A program made the translations under genes and the position numbers. A stretch of 15,955 bases of DNA from Candidatus Sigynarchaeum calidifontis (GTDB lineage Archaea > Asgardarchaeota > Lokiarchaeia > Sigyniarchaeales > Sigyniarchaeaceae), in contig JAUQYZ020000140.1 in the NCBI GenBank assembly GCA_030587475.2, positions 1 through 15,955 on the forward strand. Reading direction: 5' to 3'. The notes beneath the pieces are model-generated. The model saw only the letters and a program-made list of their open reading frames with translations. It made no database searches and had not been told where the DNA came from. This document shows positions 8,489 to 15,856 of the stretch, piece by piece (within the stretch, counting starts at the first letter, position 1; every line of letters starts with the position of its first letter).

Positions 8489-8880
8489 GCACCATCGCAC
8501 TTCCAATGCTTGTTGTTCGAAGAAAGACGATCGAGAGCCAACGCGGGGTTTTCAAAAAGATATAGTTAGAAAGCGAATGGTCAAGAAATACAAGGAGGGG
8601 CATTTCTGCCTCGATTGCTTGATCCGCGTCCGCATCGCTAACAGCATTCACGGTTGTATATTCACACGGATCACCGGATTCACCTTTTTTTCCGCAAAGC
8701 TCAATGTTTTCAAGTTTTTCCTAGGACATTGAAATGTAGAATCTCGCAAGGTGAACCCATTTCTATTAACCGGGCAACATTGCTTCCGGTGAAGGCGGAC
8801 TGGATGGCGTCCGCCCTGGTGCTATGTGACCCGAACCATACGTGATCGATGCTCGCTATCGGGATTCGTCTCGCGGCCAT
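8415..8880 (-). pseudogene. Frameshifted hypothetical gene (~154 aa if the A5 run at 8715-8719 were A4)
   Basis: GGGGGT SD plus ATG 8880 gives 56 aa (MAARRIPIASIDHVWFGSH...ILHFNVLGKT*). The +1 frame continues LENIELCGKKGESGDPCEYTTVNAVSDADADQAIEAEMPLLVFLDH... to TGA 8415, filling an otherwise empty 400-bp gap. Its 74-nt overlap with the oxidoreductase start lowers confidence. Confidence 0.5.
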
Positions 8881-8914
8881 AATTCGTTACCCCCGATTCA
8901 ATAGCCGCGCGAAG

Positions 8915-9799
8915 TCATATCCGAGACAGCATCGTTTCGACGAGGGAGATTGCCTTGTCTATCCCGATCTCGATGCCAGCGTCATAGCGATCCAGCTCGA
9001 CGATCGGCTTCTGGGTCACCACGTTGTCGGAGATCCCGTGGATCGCGATGGCTGGAATGGCGGCACGGCGCGCCAGCAAGTAGAGGCAGCTCGTTTCCAT
9101 GTCGACCGCCTTCGCGCCGGCGGATACCCAGAACGCGACTTTCTCTTTTGACTCGGTGAACAAGCCATCTGTCGTCCAGATCGTACCTTCAACGAGCGAA
9201 ACTTGCCGGGTCGTGGAAGCAGCTCGCGCGGCCTCGATCAGGCCCGGGTCGCCTTGCACGGCGCCCGTGAGGCCGCGCGACGCCATCCACGAGTATACCG
9301 CATCCGGCGGGGGATTGTTAGCGAGGGATTGACCTTTCAAGAACTCGTAAGCAACCGGATCCGCGCTGATGTAGTGGATGGACGTGCCATCGCCGGGAAT
9401 TGCCGCCGTCGCCGTGAAGACAGCCCCGACGGGGATGTCTGGCAGCAGCGCGCCGGCGTAGTCAACGCGGATTATGGCCTTCGGCTTCACTTCCTTCAAG
9501 ACCTCCATCACGTTGGCCATCGAGGGGGTGCCCACCCCGGTCCGGATGAGCGTGACGCGCACGCCGCCAAGCAAGCCCGACTCGATCATGCCGTGCTTCG
9601 CGGCTTGCTTCAGCTTGTCGTGGAGCTTTTTCCAGACCGTGTGGGACGCGGGAAGCACGACGACGGGTTCGATGTTACTTGCCATGGTAGCGAAGAATAA
9701 CTGCGAGAGCTTGTCCTTCTTTGACATGTGTTTCAGTGCCAGGTTTATTGCGGCTCCCTTTATCTTTTGTGCAAACTCGTCAAGCATAGATTCATTCAT
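8915..9799 (-). CDS. Nucleoside phosphorylase family protein (PNP_UDP_1), divergent
   Basis: TGVGTPSMANVMEVL, IIRVDYAGAL, GTIWTTDGLFTE, GAKAVDMETS and ISDN motifs. The start overlaps the hypD stop by 8 nt. Confidence 0.88.
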   Translation of the reverse strand: MNESMLDEFAQKIKGAAINLALKHMSKKDKLSQLFFATMASNIEPVVVLPASHTVWKKLHDKLKQAAKHGMIESGLLGGVRVTLIRTGVGTPSMANVMEVLKEVKPKAIIRVDYAGALLPDIPVGAVFTATAAIPGDGTSIHYISADPVAYEFLKGQSLANNPPPDAVYSWMASRGLTGAVQGDPGLIEAARAASTTRQVSLVEGTIWTTDGLFTESKEKVAFWVSAGAKAVDMETSCLYLLARRAAIPAIAIHGISDNVVTQKPIVELDRYDAGIEIGIDKAISLVETMLSRI

Positions 9800-10910
9800 C
9801 CTCGTTGTAGATACTTGCGATCCGGCATGTACCCTCGTCGGAAACCATGCACGGGCCGATCGGGTATTGGGGGGTGCATCTCTTGTCCTTGAACAACGGG
9901 CACCCGGCGGGCTTCATCTGCCCCGTGATCACGAGGTGGCAGGAGCAGCCGGGGGGGATGCCCTTGTTCTTGCCGGCGCTGGCGCCGATCTTGGCATCGA
10001 GCTGGAACTTCACGTTGGCATCCCTATCCACGTACTTCGCACGGATGGATAGGCCACCGTGGGGCACGGGGCCGATGCCTCGCCAGACGGCCGTGCTCTC
10101 CTCGAACACCTCGTGCATTATCGAAATTGCTTCAGGGTTTCCAGCCGGGAACACGATGCCCGTGTACTCGTTCTCGTTCCGTGCCACGCCATCGTGGACT
10201 TGCCTTGCGATCATGGCCAGTGCTAGCAAGATATCGTTGGGCTGGAACCCCGCGGTCACGATGGGCATCTTGTAGGCCGTGGCAAAGAGCTCGTATGGCT
10301 TGGTGCCGATGATGGCGGAGACGTGGCCGGGCGTGATGAACCCGTCCAGCTGTATATTGCCAAGTGAAAGGAGGAGTTCCATTACAGGCGTGATCGTTTT
10401 GAGCGCGCACAAGAAGGACAAGTTGGGAGGCAAGTCGGACGCGATACTGCTGGCCACGACGGGAACGAACGTCTCGAACCCAACCGCGAAGAAGATAACT
10501 TCCTTGCGCAGGTTCTCGCGCGCGATCGCCACGGCATCATCGATCGCATAGACAACGCGGATGTCCTTGCCACCCGCACGCGCCTCTTGCAGTGAACCCT
10601 TCTCGGATGGCACCCGCATCATGTCCCCGAATGTTGCGACTATGTGTCCCTCGTCTGCAAGCAGCAACGCCTTGTGGATGTCAGCCGTGTGGCACACGCA
10701 AACTGGGCAGCCTGGCCCGCTGATGACTTCGACGTTCTTCGGGAGCAAGGCTCGTATACCTGCCTGGGCAATGACGTGCTCGTGCGTGCCACACACGTGC
10801 ATCACGCGAAGCGGGCGTTTCCCCATGTCAAGGTACTCGCTTATCTTGGCGAGTAACTTCGTGGCAACTGCCTTGTCGTGAAAGATGCCGGACTTGTCAA
10901 ATCGAATCAT
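9792..10910 (-). CDS. hypD: [NiFe]-hydrogenase maturation protein HypD
   Basis: HVCGTHE, SGPGCPVC, TFGDMMRVP, GFET, PGHVS, WRGIG and the C-terminal Fe-S region GCSC...CPLF...CTP...GPCMVSDEGTC. ATG 10910 is preferred over TTG 10922. Confidence 0.97.
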   Translation of the reverse strand: MIRFDKSGIFHDKAVATKLLAKISEYLDMGKRPLRVMHVCGTHEHVIAQAGIRALLPKNVEVISGPGCPVCVCHTADIHKALLLADEGHIVATFGDMMRVPSEKGSLQEARAGGKDIRVVYAIDDAVAIARENLRKEVIFFAVGFETFVPVVASSIASDLPPNLSFLCALKTITPVMELLLSLGNIQLDGFITPGHVSAIIGTKPYELFATAYKMPIVTAGFQPNDILLALAMIARQVHDGVARNENEYTGIVFPAGNPEAISIMHEVFEESTAVWRGIGPVPHGGLSIRAKYVDRDANVKFQLDAKIGASAGKNKGIPPGCSCHLVITGQMKPAGCPLFKDKRCTPQYPIGPCMVSDEGTCRIASIYNEDE

Positions 10911-10956
10911 GTGGTCAAGCAAGGAAACAGCGTTGCTGGTACAAAAAGGGTGTCGT

Positions 10957-12381
10957 TCAAGCGAACAAGATCGCCACTTCTATCGCGAGCACGGTGCAAG
11001 CCAGGGCGACCACGACGGGCATGATCTTGAACCCTTGCTTGGCGAATTCCTTGTAGGTGATCTTGATGCCATTGGTCGACGTGATCGAGGACCACATGAT
11101 GCCAGCCAGGGCACCGATCAAGGTAAAATTCGCCCCGAAATTGCTGCCCATGATGAGCGCGTACAGGCTCGCGATGACGATACCCGCGGGAGCTAGCGAC
11201 GTGAAACTGGTATCTTTCAACAAACGCGTGAAGAGGATGGTCATGGGCTGGTTGTTCATGATGTTGCACGTGAGCGCGGAGATGAAGCACATGGCAAACG
11301 TGCTACCGATGACACCGGCCGAGGAAAGCATCTCACCGAATGCGCTTGCTAGAAAGCTTACCCAGCCGGAATAACTGAGGATCTCGACCATGATGAACAT
11401 GCCGAACACGAAGGGCATGATCTTCCAAGGCATGCGCTTCGCGGCGACTTTCACCGAATGGAACAAGCCCCGGTTAGATCCCGGCTCTACAATCGGGTTA
11501 TCCTTCGTGGCAATGGCACGCCCCGCGCGGACACGTGCCTCGAACGCGATATCCTTCCCGATCATGATGATGGCGAAGATCAAGCAGATGATTCCCATGT
11601 CAAGGCCGATGATCGGGGCAACCATGAGGAAACCGAGGCAAGTGCCGAGCATGGCGATGCTGAAGACAGCACCTGGACGATCCTTGAGTGCATCTTCCGG
11701 CTTTATATCGGGCGGGGATAGCGGCTGGCAAATCTCTTTCCGGAAGGCGACCGCGAGGAGACCATAGCACGCAAACCCGGCCGTCACCGTCGGAAGGATC
11801 ATCCACGCGGAATATTGAACGAACGTCAAGCCATATGCTTGTGCCACGATGATGTTCGTGGGGTTTCCGATGTATAACGTTATGCTCCAGATATTCGCCG
11901 CAAAGAATTGCCCGATCAAGTAAGGAAATGGATTTTTTTTCGTGTATTTGCAGAAATACAGGATGATGGGCGTGATCGTGAGGATGACGATGTCATTGCT
12001 CGTGAAGACCGTGAGCACGCTGCTCAGCAAGAAAAAATACAAGAACAGCTTCTTGCCGGACGAGCCCGATTTTTTCGCGGCGCTCAAGGCGAGATACTCG
12101 AAAAAGCCAGTCAAGTCGATCGAGATGCAAACGTAGGCAAGGGAGAAAAACAAGATGATGATCATGTACGGCCGGATCGTCGCCGTGCCCAAGATGCCAC
12201 TGACGAGCACGGATGGTGGAACCTCGAACGTGAGCAACGTAATAGCGACGCCGATCAAGGGCGCATAGCCATAATCGAGCTGGAACGGCTGCACTCGCCC
12301 GGGTAGCTTTATACGGAGTGGCTTGAGGATGAGGATGATGACGAGGGCAAATACCACGAGCGAGATTATGGTGATAAGCAC
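10957..12381 (-). CDS. ArsB/NhaD (IT superfamily) anion permease
   Basis: Roughly 12 or more hydrophobic segments; FTSNDIVILTITP, ANIWSITLYIGNPTNIIV, MNNQPMT and GSNFGANFTLIGALAGIMW. GTG 12381 avoids overlap with the upstream gene. Confidence 0.9.
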   Translation of the reverse strand: MLITIISLVVFALVIILILKPLRIKLPGRVQPFQLDYGYAPLIGVAITLLTFEVPPSVLVSGILGTATIRPYMIIILFFSLAYVCISIDLTGFFEYLALSAAKKSGSSGKKLFLYFFLLSSVLTVFTSNDIVILTITPIILYFCKYTKKNPFPYLIGQFFAANIWSITLYIGNPTNIIVAQAYGLTFVQYSAWMILPTVTAGFACYGLLAVAFRKEICQPLSPPDIKPEDALKDRPGAVFSIAMLGTCLGFLMVAPIIGLDMGIICLIFAIIMIGKDIAFEARVRAGRAIATKDNPIVEPGSNRGLFHSVKVAAKRMPWKIMPFVFGMFIMVEILSYSGWVSFLASAFGEMLSSAGVIGSTFAMCFISALTCNIMNNQPMTILFTRLLKDTSFTSLAPAGIVIASLYALIMGSNFGANFTLIGALAGIMWSSITSTNGIKITYKEFAKQGFKIMPVVVALACTVLAIEVAILFA

Positions 12382-12403
12382 GCGCGCCCTAAACGCGGGC
12401 GGT

Positions 12404-12412
12404 CTTAAAAAA
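12404..12412 (-). promoter_or_regulatory. TATA-like box for a probably leaderless permease transcript
   Basis: TTTTTTAAG centred ~27 nt upstream of GTG 12381. The same TTTTTAAG occurs at 14424-14431, upstream of the TPR gene. Confidence 0.5.
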
Positions 12413-12448
12413 CCAGCCAGAATCGGGATATAGTAGTGAAAAAAAGGT

Positions 12449-13282
12449 TTAAGGGGGTCCCGTTTTCGCTGCAGCTTTCGACGGGCGTACGAAGCCAAAA
12501 TACATCATGACCGACATGCACAGCAACAAGATCGAGAGCAACAAGTCGAGCGGGAAGTAGACCTTCTTGAAAGCGACCGTACCCAACGCGGACAGGTAAA
12601 AAATCGCCGAATAGCCGATCATCGACAGCCCACGCTTCGCCCACTTGTCCGTTGTCCGCTTGACGAGCGCGTAGGTGGCGCGGAACTGCCACGTGCCGAG
12701 CGGAATGATGATCGCGATCATGAAAAAATAAGCGACATACGTGGACACGAGGACCGGCATTAACGCGGGCCATCCCATGAAGAAAAAAACTGCACACGCG
12801 TTCAACACGGCAAAAATGGTTTGGGAGATAGCGTGATCCTTGAACTTTAACGTGCCCGTGAAGATTTCTTGCAAAAACAAGAAGAGCATGATGATCGTCC
12901 ACGACAAGAAAATGAAGATAACGGCTTCCACGGCGTTCCGGAACACCTCCGACGTGAACGTCGTGTATTTCCTGATCCCGTCCCAGGTGAGTCCCCCGGC
13001 TAGCACGATGTTCATAGTGGCGAGCAACAACGGCGTGTCCTTCTTGTTGGACAAGAATTTTCCCAGGAGGGACAACCCGATGATCAACAACACGGCGGCC
13101 GCAGAAAACAAGAGGATGCTATTGATGACGACGAATTCCGCTGGTACCTTCGCCAGCATGTCCGCCTCCATTTGCCATGAAAAGCCCACGTCGAACCCGA
13201 GACTCGCGGCCTTGAGTAGGAGCCACGTGGGAAACAAGACGATGTACATCACGTTGATGATCCAGTAGTATCTTCGCTCCAC
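12449..13282 (-). CDS. Hypothetical polytopic membrane protein (~8 TM; 1+7 layout)
   Basis: Eight hydrophobic segments, ending MYFGFVRP. GAGGTG SD lies 6 nt before GTG 13282, and a T7 tract follows the stop. Confidence 0.85.
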   Translation of the reverse strand: MERRYYWIINVMYIVLFPTWLLLKAASLGFDVGFSWQMEADMLAKVPAEFVVINSILLFSAAAVLLIIGLSLLGKFLSNKKDTPLLLATMNIVLAGGLTWDGIRKYTTFTSEVFRNAVEAVIFIFLSWTIIMLFLFLQEIFTGTLKFKDHAISQTIFAVLNACAVFFFMGWPALMPVLVSTYVAYFFMIAIIIPLGTWQFRATYALVKRTTDKWAKRGLSMIGYSAIFYLSALGTVAFKKVYFPLDLLLSILLLCMSVMMYFGFVRPSKAAAKTGPP

Positions 13283-13297
13283 GTGCAGCACCTCTGT

Positions 13298-14368
13298 TCA
13301 AGTCTTGAACAAGTGGGCGCGGAACGGCTTTATCGACTTCGTGAACTCGTGCAGCTTCGGTTCCGTGATGATATCCTGCCCGACCGACTTGAAAAATTCC
13401 TGGAAGGCATCGTCGAATTTCTTGCAGACCATGTATTTCGTGTACAAGAACTTGAACTTGTCGCGCCTTTCGCTCGGGAAGCGCTCGTATAACTTCTCTA
13501 GCAGCACGAGCATCATGAAGATGAAATCCACCTTGAAGATGGCCTCCTTGTCGACCATTTTCACGAAATAATCGATCGTGTCCCCGATGTATTCCTTGAG
13601 ATAGTCGTATTCGAGCTTGTCGGAATGCAGCCTGAACAACTCGTTGAGCACCGAGAAACATTCGAGCCAGTGAATGAACTCGTGGCCAAGCAAGCGCAGC
13701 TGGGGCTGCTTGTAGTTCTTGAACTCGTCGTTGATGAGGTTGAAAAGCTCGTCGCGATGTTCCTCGTAATAGGGTTCCTTGAAGAGGTGGACGCGTCGCA
13801 AGTGAACGAGCAAGTCGGTAAACGTGTCATAGACGATGACGAAATGGTACTTGCGGCGCTTGGCGGGGATGCGCACGGTGCGGCCATCCTCGCCCGGTGC
13901 TTCTTTCATGTACTTTTCCATCTCCCAGAAAAATTGCATGCACGGCCGGTTGTTCCTGGCATCTTTCTTTTCGAAGACCATGACAGGCTTTCCTTCTTGA
14001 AAGAAATTGACCTGCTCGGGGGTTTCCTCGATCTTGTAGGCCTTGGGCTCGATCGTGCAGTTGATGAGGGCTTTCAGCGATGCAATAAGCCGGTCCGGGT
14101 AATTCGCCTTGACAAACACGAACTGGCGAAGGTGGTCTTGCCGCAAACCCTTGATCAATCGCCTTGCACGGCCGATGTCGATCGCTGGCTTCGGCTTGAT
14201 CCCTTGTTCCTTGAGCCGCTGGGCGCGCTGGATGATCTGGAGCCCATCATAGCCCTTGTTGATGGCTTGTTCATAATAATACAAGGCACGGTCATATTCC
14301 TTTAAGCCATAAAAATGGTTTCCTTTTTCGCACAGCGCGAACAAATTAGCCGTTTTGTTGCCGGTCAC
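13298..14368 (-). CDS. Hypothetical helical protein with an N-terminal TPR motif
   Basis: ALCEKGNHFYGLKEYDRALYYYEQAINKG fits the TPR consensus. The 356-aa ORF has protein-like composition and ends 15 nt before the next gene. Confidence 0.8.
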   Translation of the reverse strand: MTGNKTANLFALCEKGNHFYGLKEYDRALYYYEQAINKGYDGLQIIQRAQRLKEQGIKPKPAIDIGRARRLIKGLRQDHLRQFVFVKANYPDRLIASLKALINCTIEPKAYKIEETPEQVNFFQEGKPVMVFEKKDARNNRPCMQFFWEMEKYMKEAPGEDGRTVRIPAKRRKYHFVIVYDTFTDLLVHLRRVHLFKEPYYEEHRDELFNLINDEFKNYKQPQLRLLGHEFIHWLECFSVLNELFRLHSDKLEYDYLKEYIGDTIDYFVKMVDKEAIFKVDFIFMMLVLLEKLYERFPSERRDKFKFLYTKYMVCKKFDDAFQEFFKSVGQDIITEPKLHEFTKSIKPFRAHLFKT

Positions 14369-14438
14369 GAGAGATCACGTGTGATGTCTAGAGATGGACT
14401 CGTCAAGGATCTCGACGTGCTGGCTTAAAAACGCCGCG

Positions 14439-14717
14439 TTACATGTAGAAAGACTGGGCTGGCTCTTCTTCCTCTTCGATCTCCTCGTGCTTCTTGCCCT
14501 TCTTGCGCTTTTTCCTCGGCTCGACGAGGCCCTTCATCTCGGCGAGCTTGTCCAGCAGCAATTGCTCGATCTCGTCCTCGGAGAGCGATTTCAAGTAGTC
14601 GTGGCCCATCTCGTCTTCGAGATCCCATATTGCCTTCGACTTGTCCTCTTCCGAGACCGGAACGCTCAGCTTTCCGAGAATGCGCCGCCAATCGACATTT
14701 TCTGACCAGCACACCAT
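14439..14717 (-). CDS. Small charged hypothetical protein (92 aa) with a basic patch, acidic tail and C-terminal F-Y-M
   Basis: MVCWSENVDWRRILGKL...LSEDEIEQLLLDKLAEMKGLVEPRKKRKKGKKHEEIEEEEEPAQSFYM. GGTGG precedes ATG 14717. Confidence 0.8.
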   Translation of the reverse strand: MVCWSENVDWRRILGKLSVPVSEEDKSKAIWDLEDEMGHDYLKSLSEDEIEQLLLDKLAEMKGLVEPRKKRKKGKKHEEIEEEEEPAQSFYM

Positions 14718-14986
14718 GATTACAAGCCACCGCGACAAATATTTCTCAAATCATTAGAAACGGGGTGTTATTCTTCACGCATACCGCGAACGCGAGCCTA
14801 TAAAACAAGAGAGGTCACGATCGGTTAGAAGGGTTGTGATCATCATATATCTTTGCTTGCCGGTTAAAAAAGTCGCGTTAAATGTATATTTGATTCCTAT
14901 TTCCTTTTCGATCTCACGTCGGTCTCTCTGTTTTTTATACACCGTTCAGCTGAATAACTCCTATAATTTATGGCAAGATCGATTCG

Positions 14987-15113
14987 CTATATCAAAAGAT
15001 CAAACCAACCAAGTGCCCCGATATCTTCAAAATGAATAAAATGATAAACGGGCGAGGTCATTCAAGTTCCTCATTCGGTTCTCGCAGTAAGGGCATTCGA
15101 GGTATCGGGTCAT
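14987..15113 (-). pseudogene. Frameshifted C2H2-like zinc-finger micro-ORF
   Basis: MTRYLECPYCENRMRNLNDLAR, then either LSFYSF* (0 frame, stop 15027) or YHFIHFEDIGALGWFDLLI* (+1 frame at the T3 run 15046-15048). Confidence 0.45.
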
Positions 15114-15141
15114 GATTTTCTTGCTTCGATCATAGGAGATG

Positions 15142-15849
15142 TTAGATTTCGGTGTTGATGACGTAATTGCGCCCGGAGAAGCCCAGCTTCACTATGTTGA
15201 GCGCCCGGAGATTCTTCAAGAGCTGGACTGACTCGGGTCGCGACATGCCCATGACTCCCGCGATCCAATCCTCGCCAAAACCGAGCAATGCAAGTCTGGG
15301 ATTTTCAAGCAACTTGTAGATCAACGTGAGTTCTGTGGGCCGATCGGCAAGCAACTGCTGCACTTTTTGCTCGAATGTTGTCCATTGCTCCGGGCTGGGA
15401 TCTGTAACAGGTTTATCGAGCTCGAGTGGTGGCACGGCATGTTCCTCGATTGGGCTCTGGAGTTGAAAAACGAGGTCGCCAGCGATGTCGCTTTCCTCGG
15501 CTTGCATCGGAATTTTCGCCTTTTTTTCTCTTTTCCTACCGGCGGCGATCGCTTTGAGATAATAATTCTGCTTTTTACCGGCGGCGATCGAGATCAGTGA
15601 AGCGAAAAGGATTATCGCTGAAATGATCACCATTATGATGCCGCTGATGGGGGCTGGCCAACCTGCCAGCCACATGACGAGGCCGAACGGAATGCCGACA
15701 ATCGAGGTTCCAAGGCACACTGGGGCCAACGGCCAATTGCGCCGACCATATTTCACCCGGAACGGAGTCAACACGCACGATGCAATGCAACAAAAGAGGA
15801 TAACGAACGGCGCCAGGATGGTCATCCAAAAATCTCCTTGTAGCAGCAT
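15142..15849 (-). CDS. Membrane-anchored protein (3 N-terminal TM) with a C-terminal winged-helix-like domain
   Basis: Three hydrophobic helices, a basic and then acidic/Pro-rich linker, then ELTLIYKLLE...EDWIAGVMGMSRPESVQLLKNLRALNIVKLGFSGRNYVIN. GAGGAGG SD upstream. Confidence 0.8.
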   Translation of the reverse strand: MLLQGDFWMTILAPFVILFCCIASCVLTPFRVKYGRRNWPLAPVCLGTSIVGIPFGLVMWLAGWPAPISGIIMVIISAIILFASLISIAAGKKQNYYLKAIAAGRKREKKAKIPMQAEESDIAGDLVFQLQSPIEEHAVPPLELDKPVTDPSPEQWTTFEQKVQQLLADRPTELTLIYKLLENPRLALLGFGEDWIAGVMGMSRPESVQLLKNLRALNIVKLGFSGRNYVINTEI

Positions 15850-15856
15850 ATTTATC

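Noticed and set aside
8415-8729. ATG-TCC-TAG-GAA... ORF suggesting pyrrolysine readthrough; none of the 12 confidently called stops in the window is TAG
   Set aside because: The +1 frameshift from the SD-led upstream ORF explains the frame more simply. Twelve stops are too few to infer recoding, and no pyl genes are present.
8577-8732. Plus-strand 51-aa ORF MVKKYKEGHFCLDC...
   Set aside because: It has a single CxxC, no SD, and is antisense to the better-supported frameshifted ORF.
8786-8819. SECIS-like GAA-bulged hairpin
   Set aside because: It lacks the opposing A of the archaeal consensus, lies on the strand opposite the local genes, and no in-frame UGA selenoprotein is nearby.
12382-12498. 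N-terminal extension of the permease in the ORF track
   Set aside because: It overlaps the upstream gene and spans its T-tract and a TATA-like box. GTG 12381 is the better start.
12449-13282. Rhodopsin or heliorhodopsin
   Set aside because: There is no retinal-binding lysine (DxxxK or SxxxK) in the last helix.
14836-15039. Plus-strand 67-aa ORF in the AT-rich gap
   Set aside because: Composition is atypical, it has no motif, and the region looks like promoter or decayed sequence.
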